Assembly: GCA_944325705.1 (NCBI GenBank)
Contig: CALVBB010000001.1
Span: 67,223 to 131,222 of the forward strand
Direction of reading: 5' to 3'
Length of the DNA stretch: 64,000 nucleotides
Origin: Candidatus Gastranaerophilales bacterium
GTDB lineage: Bacteria; Cyanobacteriota; Vampirovibrionia; Gastranaerophilales; Gastranaerophilaceae
The notes beneath the pieces were generated by a model, which had not been told where the DNA came from, searched no databases, and was given only the letters and a program-made list of their open reading frames with translations. This document shows, piece after piece, positions 35,334 to 45,094 of this stretch. The stretch's first letter is position 1, and every line of letters starts with the position of its first letter. A program made the translations under genes and the position numbers.

Positions 35334-36134
35334 ATGGAAGATACAATTAAGTTTATTAATGAACGTACAGAGAATTTTAAACCGCAGGTTGGGATTATAC
35401 TTGGTTCCGGTCTTGGAGAACTTGCTGATGAATACTGCAAATTTGCCATACCTTACAGTGAAATTCCTAACTTTATAAAATCCACTGTTCAGGGACATAA
35501 AGGCAGACTTGTTTTTGCGGAAATTGCAGGAAAAAATGTTGTAATGATGCAGGGCAGAAATCATTTTTACGAAGGACATTCAATGCATGAAATTACCTAT
35601 CCTGTCAGGGTTATGAAGAAACTCGGCGTAGAAACGCTTATTCTCACCAATGCAGCTGGAGCAGTTAATGAAAGTTATGTTCCGTCTGATTTGATGCTTA
35701 TTAAAGATCATATAAACTTTATGGGTACAAATCCGCTTATCGGCCCGAATAATCCGGACTTTGGCGAAAGATTTCCTGATATGACAGAGATTTACAGAAA
35801 AGATTTGAGAAATGCAGCAAAAAAATGCGCGTCAGAACTTGGAATTGATATAAAAGAGGGTGTTTATCTTGCAAATTCAGGCCCGTCTTATGAAACGCCG
35901 GCCGAAATCAGGATGGCAAGGCTTCTCGGGGCAGACGCCGTCGGGATGTCAACAGTTCCGGAGGCAATAGTCGCAAACTATTGCGGTATGCGAGTTCTCG
36001 GTATCAGCTGTATTTCAAATACTGCAAGCACCCACGACGGTGAGAAACTCTCGCACGCAGAAGTTATTGACACAACAAATAAAACAAAAGAAAAGTTTAA
36101 AGCCTTAATCGTAAAAATTCTTGCAAATTTATAA
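35334..36134 (+). CDS. punA: Purine nucleoside phosphorylase (trimeric PunA type)
   Basis: 266 aa with GIILGSGLG, QGRNHFYEG and GMSTVPE motifs. Confidence 0.88.
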   Translation: MEDTIKFINERTENFKPQVGIILGSGLGELADEYCKFAIPYSEIPNFIKSTVQGHKGRLVFAEIAGKNVVMMQGRNHFYEGHSMHEITYPVRVMKKLGVETLILTNAAGAVNESYVPSDLMLIKDHINFMGTNPLIGPNNPDFGERFPDMTEIYRKDLRNAAKKCASELGIDIKEGVYLANSGPSYETPAEIRMARLLGADAVGMSTVPEAIVANYCGMRVLGISCISNTASTHDGEKLSHAEVIDTTNKTKEKFKALIVKILANL

Positions 36135-36270
36135 ATATTAAGTTTTGTAAATTGGCCTAAACCCCTGTTAAATAACCCCTTAAAGCGGGCATAATACATG
36201 TATGCAGGCAATTTTATATACTAATTAGTTTTTAAATATATATAAAGTATATAAAAGGAAAAAGGATACT

Positions 36271-36807
36271 ATGACACCAGGCGTAAACGGATTCAGTTAT
36301 ATGCGTCCCGCCGGCTCGATGGCTTCTAAAGGCATGCAATACGGCGGTGCTGCAGGCAATATTGTGAATAAATACAGTACAGTTGGAAATACAGGCATGA
36401 GCAGAGCCGAATTGAGTAACTCCGGAAGGGCTGCTTCTGCACAGTATCAGTATGAAGCTGGTATGCAGAAAACTGCCGAGTATGCACAACAGTTAACACA
36501 AACCGCACAGATGTGGGGAGTAAATAACTTTAACGCTATGATGGCCGATACTGACGGTAACGGCATGATTAGCAAAAAAGAATACAATAATATGGAAAAA
36601 CAGTTGCAAATGTATGCAATGCAGAATATGCGTACAGGCGGAGGCGGAGAAACCTCATCTACAGGGAATGTGTTCGGAATGTTAAACAGCATAACAGATA
36701 CTGCCGGAAATATTATGGGCGCAATCGGAGGCGGAAGCGATGGCAGCTCCGGCGGCGGTGGTTTTCTTGAAAAAGCCGGTAATTTCCTCGGCGGATTATT
36801 CGGTTAA
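36271..36807 (+). CDS. Hypothetical Gly/Met/Asn-rich protein with one EF-hand-like loop
   Basis: 178 aa. Has DTDGNGMISKKE and a Gly-rich C-terminus ending GGLFG. No signal peptide. Confidence 0.55.
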   Translation: MTPGVNGFSYMRPAGSMASKGMQYGGAAGNIVNKYSTVGNTGMSRAELSNSGRAASAQYQYEAGMQKTAEYAQQLTQTAQMWGVNNFNAMMADTDGNGMISKKEYNNMEKQLQMYAMQNMRTGGGGETSSTGNVFGMLNSITDTAGNIMGAIGGGSDGSSGGGGFLEKAGNFLGGLFG

Positions 36808-36952
36808 GATAGAATTATTAAGTCCTAATTATGCTAGAATGCTTGTAGTATGCAAGTTTTAACTTATTGTTAAATAACGTAAATTTTTTGCCCTTATGGA
36901 CTTGTCAAAATTTTCTTTTCGATTAAAAATATCTGAAGGGAAGGACAAGAAT

Positions 36953-39172
36953 ATGCTAGTAGGAAAAACGGAGTACATAATACGGCCAAAGCAAAAGGAT
37001 TACGGGATACTATCCCCTAATCAGGCTCCTGTTCCTTCCGTTCAAAAATTTAATAGAGATATTAAGAGACCTTTAAATAATAATTCAGCTGATTTATCAT
37101 TTAAAGGTCTTTCTATATCTAAAGCTGTTAACAAACTTATGTTTGCACAGGACAAAGAGGTTACATACAGCGCAAGCGTTCTTTTTGATAAAACCAAAGG
37201 GCATTTAGGCGACATGGTTAAAAAACATTATGACCATGTTAAATCCTCAAAATTGGCTGGGAAACTCGTCAGATTTGACGGTGATAAAATCACTTTCCGT
37301 AAAAAGACCATCCCTCATCTTATATGGGATGGTTTAATTTATCCGTTCAAAATTCTTCCGTTTGACATCCTTAACGGCGTTGTGGAACTTATCGGAAAAA
37401 TTAAGCCGTTTAAAAAATGGTCGCAGAAAGTTTTAGAAAAACCCTTTTTCAAAAATATAAGACAGCGTTCAAAAATCGAATCAGAAGTAAGTTCTCTTAA
37501 AGGTTTGTGCGAAACTGCTACAAAGTTGAAAGATAAACCTGATAGTGAGATTTCATCAAAACTTTTCCAGCAGTCGGTAAAAATGTTTGATCCTGCAACC
37601 GGAAATTATGATACCAAGCATGAAAGAGCGCTGTGTCGTATGGTGTCAGGCCTTCCGCCGGCAATTCTTTTAGCTACGGATGCTTATAACCTTTCCCGTA
37701 TGATGGATGATGATCCTGCTGCCGCTAAAAAAGAAAAGAAAGCAAGATTTCGTCAGGAAATGAGCCGCCTTGTTATGAACGCTTATCTGATGCTTGTAAC
37801 ATTTGGCGCATTAAATAAGTTTATCAACCAGTCTGCAGCAGGAAGTATGCTTATGACCGGAGCAACAACACTCTTTACGGAAACTTATTCCCGATTGAGA
37901 AATGGAAAACATATTACAAGACTTACACCGGAAGAAGCCCGCGCAGAAAATGAAAAGAACAATGCACCTGAAAAAGATATTAAGCCGCTCTCCTTCCAGT
38001 CTGATGCGAAACCTGCTTCCCGCCCTAAAGAGCCGCAAAAACCTCTCCTTTCATTCAATACCGTGATGAAAGCCTCCGCAGGGGTTATTGCAGCAGGATT
38101 TGCTGTGAAAGGCGCTAAAAAATACATTCCTGGGGTTGAGGATACTATAAAAATTATCACTGAACCATTTAAGAAAAAATACAAATCACTTACACAGATT
38201 CAGGATTTCAGAATTTCAGGCGAGAAGTTTGACGAAATTGTGAATGTATTAAGAGAAAATAATTTTACCGAACTTGCAGATAAGTATGAGCAGGTAGCCG
38301 CAACCGCAAGAAACGCTGACGGCTCAATCAGCCTCGGCGTTAAAGATAAAAAGACAAAACCTCTTGTAGATTTTGTAATTGCTCCGTTCAAGTTTGTCTG
38401 GAATACGGTTACACTGCCATATAAGCTGGTGGATAAAGGTATTAAAGCTATTACGAATAAGAAAACCCCGAAACCTCCGGTAAAAGATATTGCATCTCTT
38501 GCAAAAAGTATTGAAAAAATCGGGGCGGAAGCAACTAAGAAAGGCTATAGCAAAGAGAAATTCCAGGAATTTGTAAAAGATAATATTATGAAAGCCTTCA
38601 ATACGGATACAATGTCATCAGTTCCGAACCATGAACTTGCAAACCTTGCAAAAACTGCCGCAACAGCTGCTACTATGTGGTTCCTGATGACAGACAACTA
38701 TAATATGGTTATGCTAAAATCCAATGGAAATGACAAAGAAGGCGCTGAAACAAAAGCTAAAGAAAGATTTGTTCAGGAGTGTTCAAGATTGTTCTATTCA
38801 ACACTGTTGATTGACCTGTTCAACAATACATTCCAGAAACAGTACAACGCATCGCTTCTCGGTATGAGCTGGATTACACTCACAGATACAACGATAAGCG
38901 AAATCCTTACAAGAAAATCTGTAGGTATGACAATTACACCGCACACAAGGGATGAACTTCTTGCCATCGAAGAAAAGCAAAATAATGCAACCGGAGCTCT
39001 GAAAGGTTACTACAACTTTATGCAGAGATTAACCGGCAAACGTTCTATAAAATCTTATGAAGTTAAACCTAAAAATGCCGCTCCGGTTAAAGATGAAACT
39101 GAAAAAACTCATGAACCTTCAATGCTTGGAAACAACAGGAACAGTATTCTCAATCAAATGATTAAAGGTTAA
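36953..39172 (+). CDS. Large hypothetical protein with an internal two-fold repeat
   Basis: The ATG at 36953 has a GGAAGGA RBS; the track start at 36896 has none. KARFRQEMSRLVMNAYLMLVTFGALNKF... is repeated as KERFVQECSRLFYSTLLIDLFNNTFQKQ... Confidence 0.6.
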   Translation: MLVGKTEYIIRPKQKDYGILSPNQAPVPSVQKFNRDIKRPLNNNSADLSFKGLSISKAVNKLMFAQDKEVTYSASVLFDKTKGHLGDMVKKHYDHVKSSKLAGKLVRFDGDKITFRKKTIPHLIWDGLIYPFKILPFDILNGVVELIGKIKPFKKWSQKVLEKPFFKNIRQRSKIESEVSSLKGLCETATKLKDKPDSEISSKLFQQSVKMFDPATGNYDTKHERALCRMVSGLPPAILLATDAYNLSRMMDDDPAAAKKEKKARFRQEMSRLVMNAYLMLVTFGALNKFINQSAAGSMLMTGATTLFTETYSRLRNGKHITRLTPEEARAENEKNNAPEKDIKPLSFQSDAKPASRPKEPQKPLLSFNTVMKASAGVIAAGFAVKGAKKYIPGVEDTIKIITEPFKKKYKSLTQIQDFRISGEKFDEIVNVLRENNFTELADKYEQVAATARNADGSISLGVKDKKTKPLVDFVIAPFKFVWNTVTLPYKLVDKGIKAITNKKTPKPPVKDIASLAKSIEKIGAEATKKGYSKEKFQEFVKDNIMKAFNTDTMSSVPNHELANLAKTAATAATMWFLMTDNYNMVMLKSNGNDKEGAETKAKERFVQECSRLFYSTLLIDLFNNTFQKQYNASLLGMSWITLTDTTISEILTRKSVGMTITPHTRDELLAIEEKQNNATGALKGYYNFMQRLTGKRSIKSYEVKPKNAAPVKDETEKTHEPSMLGNNRNSILNQMIKG

Positions 39173-39173
39173 A

Positions 39174-39191
39174 TTTTTTTTTGGGGGGGGG
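39174..39191. repeat. Abutting homopolymers T9 then G9
   Basis: Counted directly. Starts 2 nt after the stop of the upstream gene, in a convergent intergenic region. Confidence 0.95.
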
Positions 39192-39237
39192 ACTGAGAAA
39201 TTTTAGTATTTAATACTGGGCTGCGGCTGGCTGGTTA

Positions 39238-39450
39238 TTATGCGGCTATTCCAATGACAGTACAGGCACTCTGCGGGGAAGAGGCTTGTGGTGCGGCGTT
39301 TCTGTTGTTAAACCAGAAAAATGCCCCGGCTGCAATTAACGCTACTATAATTATTACGAAAAGCATTTTTGTAAGTATTGCAAAGATTTTGCCGATGATA
39401 AAAAGTGCCGCAATAACTGCAATTGCAATAAGTATAACTGTATAATCCAT
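39238..39450 (-). CDS. Small two-TM membrane protein
   Basis: 70 aa with two strongly hydrophobic helices. Confidence 0.5.
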   Translation of the reverse strand: MDYTVILIAIAVIAALFIIGKIFAILTKMLFVIIIVALIAAGAFFWFNNRNAAPQASSPQSACTVIGIAA

Positions 39451-39459
39451 TTTTTTTAA

Positions 39460-40065
39460 TTACCTCACTTTGTTTTCTTCACCTTTAAGAAGCCGTTTGA
39501 TGTTGCTTCTGTGAAGCCAGATTATATAAACCGCTCCGAGTGCACAGTAAGCTATATATGCAGCCGGTGCACCAAACCACCACATTAAAACCGGCGACAA
39601 TGCAAGCGCTATAATCGAGCCGAGCGAAACATATTTTGAGGTATATGTAATAACAGCCCAAACTGCAGCAATTAACAGACCTACAATCCAGTTAAGCGCA
39701 AGAATAGTTCCGACGCCTGACGCAACGGACTTCCCGCCGGTGAACTTCAAAAAGATTGACTTGCTGTGGCCGAGAATTACGGCAATCGCCGCCACAACAG
39801 GCAGGAGTCCTATTCCTGTAAAGGTTGTTGTAAAAAATTTTGCTAAGATAACAGGCAGTGCACCCTTGAACGCATCAAGCAGCAGAGTTATGAAAAACCA
39901 TTTTTTGCCCATAACCCTTTTTACATTTGTAGCGCCGGTAGAGCCGGAGCCGATTGTTCTTATATCCTGTCCTGTAAAAGTTTTGACAATTATATATCCT
40001 GTCGGAATTGACCCTATCAGGTAGGCCGTTACAAATACCACTGCAAATTCGAAAAATTTTTCCAT
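39460..40065 (-). CDS. plsY: Glycerol-3-phosphate acyltransferase PlsY
   Basis: 201 aa, polytopic, with the GSGSTGATNV motif. Confidence 0.9.
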   Translation of the reverse strand: MEKFFEFAVVFVTAYLIGSIPTGYIIVKTFTGQDIRTIGSGSTGATNVKRVMGKKWFFITLLLDAFKGALPVILAKFFTTTFTGIGLLPVVAAIAVILGHSKSIFLKFTGGKSVASGVGTILALNWIVGLLIAAVWAVITYTSKYVSLGSIIALALSPVLMWWFGAPAAYIAYCALGAVYIIWLHRSNIKRLLKGEENKVR

Positions 40066-40173
40066 ACTCTCTCCTTGTCTGCTTTCAGATTATAACACAA
40101 CTAAAAACCTTATGGCAATATTGCTTTAAGTCAAAAAGTATGATATAAATATTTTAAAAGAGAATTGGTATTT

Positions 40174-40842
40174 ATGAATAGAAGATTAATAATTACGGGT
40201 ATTTTAATTTTGGCTCTTTCTATTGCCGGAAAACTTATATGGACAGGGTTGAAAAATGTTAAGGTGGACGATTTCAAACCGGCTGCGGTAATTTTTGTGG
40301 TGGATTCATCTGCTTCAAACCAGAAAAAGCTGCCGGAGCAGAAAAAACTTCTCAGACAAATCTGTAACATTCTTGATCCCGAGGATTTGATTAAAATTTT
40401 GAAAGTTTCGGAGGATTCCTATCTTATATACGAAGGTGCGCCGTTTAACGGTTCCGGAATTGAAAAAGCTATGGATGCCTTCACTGCTTATGATGAAAAA
40501 GATTACGGTACAGCTTACGGTGTAGGGTTAAAGAAGGCTTTTTCCCATGCGCTTGAGATGAAAAAGAATGGATACCTTCCGGCTGTTGTTGTTATCGGTG
40601 ATCTGGAAAATGAGGGAGCTGTGGAAAAACAGATTAACTGGGAAACGCTTCCTGAAAATGTAAAAAATGTTCAGAAATATGCTCCTGATCTTGCGATGAT
40701 GTTTTTATACGCCCATCCGGAAAAACTCGACAGGGTAAAAGAAACGCTTACTCCTGTTCTCGGCGAGAAAAAACTCATTGTATCTCCCGAACAAAATTCG
40801 GATAAGGCTGTAAAATCCTTTATTCACGCTCTTGACAGATAA
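40174..40842 (+). CDS. Membrane-anchored von Willebrand factor A (vWA) domain protein
   Basis: N-terminal TM followed by VVDSSAS (DxSxS MIDAS) and GTAYGVGL. Confidence 0.65.
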   Translation: MNRRLIITGILILALSIAGKLIWTGLKNVKVDDFKPAAVIFVVDSSASNQKKLPEQKKLLRQICNILDPEDLIKILKVSEDSYLIYEGAPFNGSGIEKAMDAFTAYDEKDYGTAYGVGLKKAFSHALEMKKNGYLPAVVVIGDLENEGAVEKQINWETLPENVKNVQKYAPDLAMMFLYAHPEKLDRVKETLTPVLGEKKLIVSPEQNSDKAVKSFIHALDR

Positions 40843-40858
40843 TTCTACGAGGTAATTT

Positions 40859-42469
40859 ATGACTATTGTAATTTCATCTTCAAAACAGGAAAAAACTTTT
40901 GAGGACAAAGATGTAATAAATATCGGCAATAACGAAAAATGCGACTTTAACATAGATACAGGCTATGATGTTTTGCTCACTGTGCAGGTGGATAGTATTA
41001 CCGGAAAATGCTTTGTAACAAATAACTTCCGCAATGAAAAAATTCTTTTTAAGGGCAGACCGCTGCAGAAGATTGAAGTTAACAATATTTGTAAAATTGT
41101 CTTTGCGGATACAACAGAATTTATTAGTGTAAAGGTTTTGGCTGCAGGAAACCCTGCTGTTTCAGGTTTTTCTTCCGTAAATCAGGATTTGAACGAAAGC
41201 GACCTTAAGCAGATTTACGGAAATGATGCGGCAGCGATAACCAGAGCAAAAATCGAAAAACAGCGCGAGCCTATTGAACATGCGCGTGTCGGGATTATAA
41301 AGCAGGTTGCTTATTCTATTAATGAGTTGAAAAATAAAATTTCCGCAAATACCAGAAACAGTATCTTTTTGCATATAGCACTTGCTGTGAGTGCAATTTT
41401 CAGCTCTTTTGCAGTGGCAAATTACTTAATGGGGCTTACTATTCAGGAGGCTGAAAAATACCTTTATCTTCCGACAAATATTAAAGTCTGGGCGGCTTAT
41501 GCGGTTATAGTTTTTGGTATCTGCCTTATGCTGAAGCAGGGCGTTTATCTTTACCTGCAGAATAATGTGGTGAAAGATCTTGCAAAAACCACAAGATTTG
41601 CACAGAATTTTATGCTTATTATTTCGACAATTTTTATTCTCGGAATTTATGCGGTGAACCTTGTTTATTTTATGAATTTGAATAATTTCATATCATTTGC
41701 ACTGTTTATATCGCTGTTCTTTGTCGGTATTATGGCTACACTTGCCATTAGCTGCGGGTATTTTAAATGCAACAATTCCGAATGGAGCGCTACATTAAAC
41801 AAATTTGAATACAGAGAGGATTTTGAAGCTGTTTTGAAAGCCTACAGACAGTGGATTGACCGGTACATAAACAGCCTCGGCAAAACTAAAATTCAAAACA
41901 TCAGGGACAGACTGTTTAATCTCCAGCTTAAGTCCGGAGGGGAAATCCTTGTTGGTATCTTAACAGCTCCTTTTCTGGCATACGGAGTATCAAATACCCT
42001 TGCTATGTGTTTCCCGGAGGCCGCAGGCTGGGTAAGGATTTCGGGATTGCGTTTCAGCCCGATATTTCTTGTTCTTGCAACATTTTTAATTATTTTTGCA
42101 TTTTTTGGATTTGTAAGTGCTTTTACGGCGTCCAAGAAAATTCAAGCCTCGCAGGTTATAAAGCAGGACGGCTTCAGCGATTACAGGCAGCATTCAGTAA
42201 ATATCTTCGGGCTTGAGGGTGTCAGAAAGCTTACCGCTGATAAAAACCGTTATCTTGCAATTGCTTGTTCTATAATATTTATTGAATTTTCAATGAACGT
42301 GTCATATTTTATGACAGAAATTGGCGGGGATTTGCAGGGAATAGGCCTTAGTGTTATTGCCGCACTTGTTCCGACCGCGCTTCTGATTGCGGAAACTTTA
42401 ATGCTCAGCCAGACGCAGTTTGATATTTATGCCTGCGATGAACTGCTTGCAAAAATAGATAAAGATTAA
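40859..42469 (+). CDS. FHA-like N-terminal domain fused to a polytopic membrane domain
   Basis: 536 aa. DVINIGNNEKCDFNI...LTVQVD...ILFKGRPL resembles FHA. At least 8 hydrophobic helices follow. Confidence 0.5.
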   Translation: MTIVISSSKQEKTFEDKDVINIGNNEKCDFNIDTGYDVLLTVQVDSITGKCFVTNNFRNEKILFKGRPLQKIEVNNICKIVFADTTEFISVKVLAAGNPAVSGFSSVNQDLNESDLKQIYGNDAAAITRAKIEKQREPIEHARVGIIKQVAYSINELKNKISANTRNSIFLHIALAVSAIFSSFAVANYLMGLTIQEAEKYLYLPTNIKVWAAYAVIVFGICLMLKQGVYLYLQNNVVKDLAKTTRFAQNFMLIISTIFILGIYAVNLVYFMNLNNFISFALFISLFFVGIMATLAISCGYFKCNNSEWSATLNKFEYREDFEAVLKAYRQWIDRYINSLGKTKIQNIRDRLFNLQLKSGGEILVGILTAPFLAYGVSNTLAMCFPEAAGWVRISGLRFSPIFLVLATFLIIFAFFGFVSAFTASKKIQASQVIKQDGFSDYRQHSVNIFGLEGVRKLTADKNRYLAIACSIIFIEFSMNVSYFMTEIGGDLQGIGLSVIAALVPTALLIAETLMLSQTQFDIYACDELLAKIDKD

Positions 42470-42473
42470 TCTT

Positions 42474-43265
42474 ATGACATGGCTTAAAGTTTTTGTAGTA
42501 ATTGCATTTGTATTTATTAACCTGTGCGTTCTGGCATTTGAGCCGTCCGTACATGCCCCGTTTGTAATGGAAAAGAAAGACTTTAAGCTTGCAAAATCCT
42601 ATCAGGAGCCGAAGTCAACCGGCAATATTAATTTATTTAAAATAGGATTTTCCGGTAAACCCGTGCAGGATACGCAGTCCGGAACAGAACTTGCACCTGT
42701 GGATTCCGCGCAGCCCGTTACAAGAGAAGTCCATATTGAGCCTTCTGAGTTTTACAGACAGGCGAGCGGGTACGGAATACGTAATGTTTCAAATACGCGG
42801 CAGAAGATTTCTGAAAGGGTTAAAACTCCTTCTGAAAATTCCGGTATTCAGACGCGGGTGGAAAATATTACAAATCCTGTTGAGGAAAAGCCTAAAAAGC
42901 TTACCCGCAGGGAAGAAACAATTGCCTGGAACAACTGGCGCAGCAGTCTGCAGAACAGAATTATGGATGAAAGCCAGATTGCGGCTCCTATGGGCACTCT
43001 TGTTACTTTCTCTTTTCGGGTAAGTAGCAGAAAAACTATTTCCAAGATAAAAGTAAACTGTACAAACTGGGGTTACTCTGAAAAAGTAAGAGAAGCAATG
43101 ATACCGCTTATACAAAGCTATGCAGGAAAAGATTTTCTGGCATTTCCGGAGGGTTCAGAGAGAAAATTTACAGACGTTAAAGGGGCGTTTTTAATCTGGT
43201 ATGAAACCAGTTATTCATCGCCTGATGATTATAATGATTTTGAAAGGGTGCACTGGTATGAGTAA
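42474..43265 (+). CDS. Membrane-anchored protein with a TonB-C-terminal-like domain (tentative)
   Basis: 263 aa. N-terminal anchor, then a disordered linker, then GTLVTFSFRVSSRKTISKIKV...IPLIQSY...AFP. Confidence 0.45.
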   Translation: MTWLKVFVVIAFVFINLCVLAFEPSVHAPFVMEKKDFKLAKSYQEPKSTGNINLFKIGFSGKPVQDTQSGTELAPVDSAQPVTREVHIEPSEFYRQASGYGIRNVSNTRQKISERVKTPSENSGIQTRVENITNPVEEKPKKLTRREETIAWNNWRSSLQNRIMDESQIAAPMGTLVTFSFRVSSRKTISKIKVNCTNWGYSEKVREAMIPLIQSYAGKDFLAFPEGSERKFTDVKGAFLIWYETSYSSPDDYNDFERVHWYE

Positions 43266-43392
43266 AAAAAATCTTGTTATACTGTTAATATGTGCGGCAG
43301 CTGGACTTGCTGTGATTACTGCATCAGTGGCTGTTTTAAAGCCTGATATTAACAAATCGGTTGTCTTACAGATTATAAAATATAAAAAATGA
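43258..43392 (+). CDS. Small single-TM protein (44 aa)
   Basis: Its ATG overlaps the upstream stop by 8 nt. Sequence begins MSKKNLVILLICAAAGLAVITASVAVL. Confidence 0.35.
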   Translation: MSKKNLVILLICAAAGLAVITASVAVLKPDINKSVVLQIIKYKK

Positions 43393-43500
43393 CAGCGAGT
43401 GAAAATATTGCAGTTTGCTTAAAAGATGATAAACTCAATAAATAAGTGAAGGGGGGGAATGGTTCTCACTTTTTGCTCACTTATTGTCTTAGCGTCTTTA

Positions 43501-44118
43501 TTATTTTATAAATATTTTTATCTCATCGTTGTTTGTATAAACATAAGCTTTTATTTTTTCGCCGGTGTAATCCGCAGGAGGGGTTTTATAAGAAGCCGTT
43601 TTTTTTAGCATGTCAAGAATAGTTTTGTTAAAAATTTTATCGCCCTGTCTTTTATACATTTTTCGGTTTGTAAGCGAACCGTCAGAGGCAATTCTGAATT
43701 CTATTTCACATTCTCCGGAGGATTGAATTGTTTTTGTTGCAAGGTTTGAGTAAAAAAGATTTTGCAGCCCTTTTTTATAAATATCTATTTCGCTTCCTCC
43801 GTTCGAAACTGTAGACTGAGCGGGGGTATTATCCCAGATACTGTCAATAGATGGAATATTTACGGCCTGAACAGTTTTTTCACGAACCGGTTCGGATTTT
43901 CTGTGTACATTTTTTGTGCCGGTAAAAAACAGCACGTATATAGAAAGTAAAATACAAACAGCAAAAATTCCCCGTGACAGTATATCCTGCAGAGTAAAAG
44001 TTTTCGGAGAATTCTGAGGTGCTGCCTCAACATGTATTTCCTCAAATGTATCGTTCCCGCAGTCGCAGTAGTCAACGCGGGCGGCATATAATCTTTGACA
44101 TACAGTACATCTGAACAT
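43501..44118 (-). CDS. Zinc-ribbon / TM / TonB-C-like domain protein (tentative)
   Basis: Starts at MFRCTVCQRLYAARVDYCDCGN, followed by a TM and then GECEIEFRIASDGSL...ILDMLKK...YKTPP. Confidence 0.5.
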   Translation of the reverse strand: MFRCTVCQRLYAARVDYCDCGNDTFEEIHVEAAPQNSPKTFTLQDILSRGIFAVCILLSIYVLFFTGTKNVHRKSEPVREKTVQAVNIPSIDSIWDNTPAQSTVSNGGSEIDIYKKGLQNLFYSNLATKTIQSSGECEIEFRIASDGSLTNRKMYKRQGDKIFNKTILDMLKKTASYKTPPADYTGEKIKAYVYTNNDEIKIFIK

Positions 44119-44247
44119 ATTTATAATTTTATTACAGCACTTATTTAGCGCAATCCTCTTAAATGTTGAATTTATAAAAAGGAAAAGATAAGTGGACGAT
44201 AAGTTCAAATTTATTGAACTTATTCTCCTCTTATCTTAACGCATAAT

Positions 44248-44421
44248 TTAAAGTGAGGTTACGTTGAAATCTCTTTCTGATTTTGAAGAAGAGTTTTCAA
44301 ATACAACTTTGAGGCATTTTTCAATAAAAGCTTCAATACCTGAAATTTCAGCTTTTAAAGCTTCGTAATTTTCTTGTTTTCTGCCTTCAATGGTTTCTTT
44401 AAGATTTTCGTAATCGTACAT
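44248..44421 (-). CDS. Small coiled-coil hypothetical protein
   Basis: 57 aa from MYDYENLKETIEGRKQ. Confidence 0.3.
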   Translation of the reverse strand: MYDYENLKETIEGRKQENYEALKAEISGIEAFIEKCLKVVFENSSSKSERDFNVTSL

Positions 44422-44509
44422 AATTAATACTCCTTTTAACTTCACAGGAAATTAAGACGGAGGATTTTTTGAAAATCTTTAATACTTACAGTTAAATTTT
44501 TACAAAACT

Positions 44510-44962
44510 TTAATTAAATGCGGGTAGATACTCCGGATCAATCTGAAAGCCCTTGCTGTAGTATTCTGAACGTTTGTATGTGCAGTTTTGCGGGTTTTGC
44601 ATGGCTTTTTGCCAGATTTCCTCTGTTTTGTTAATTCCCGCTCTGTAATCAGGTTTTATTAAAAGAGCATTATATAAATCCCTTGAAAGTGCTTCATTGA
44701 AAGAACAGCTTACCGTAAGAATTCCGTTTGCCGTTCCTGTAACCTGTAAATATTCGCAGTTTTTTCCGTTTCTGCCTAGTATTTGCTTGCTGTCGTGAAA
44801 TACTGTTCCGGCCATATTAAATGTGGCATTTTCTATATAAACATCACAGTTCTTGAATTTCTGCGTAAATTTTTTACTAAATCCGTTATCGGTGCGCTCG
44901 TTCGCAATTACACCGGCACAGCCAGCTGCTAATATAAGAATTAATAAAAATGACTTCTTCAT
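44510..44962 (-). CDS. Putative lipoprotein
   Basis: MKKSFLLILILAAGC contains a lipobox. Confidence 0.55.
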   Translation of the reverse strand: MKKSFLLILILAAGCAGVIANERTDNGFSKKFTQKFKNCDVYIENATFNMAGTVFHDSKQILGRNGKNCEYLQVTGTANGILTVSCSFNEALSRDLYNALLIKPDYRAGINKTEEIWQKAMQNPQNCTYKRSEYYSKGFQIDPEYLPAFN

Positions 44963-45094
44963 ATTTTTATTATAAGGCAATTTTTATAAATGAAAAGTTT
45001 TAATATTAATATAAATATAAAACTGTGCCGGTTTTAAATATCAGGGGAATAAACGGCACCGGGTTAATTGGGGAAAAAATAAAGGGGATAAGTT

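Noticed and set aside
43451-43457. A G7 run as a further phase-variation tract
   Set aside because: It is short, and it lies in a convergent intergenic region inside an aataagtga/tcacttatt hairpin. It is more likely part of a terminator structure.
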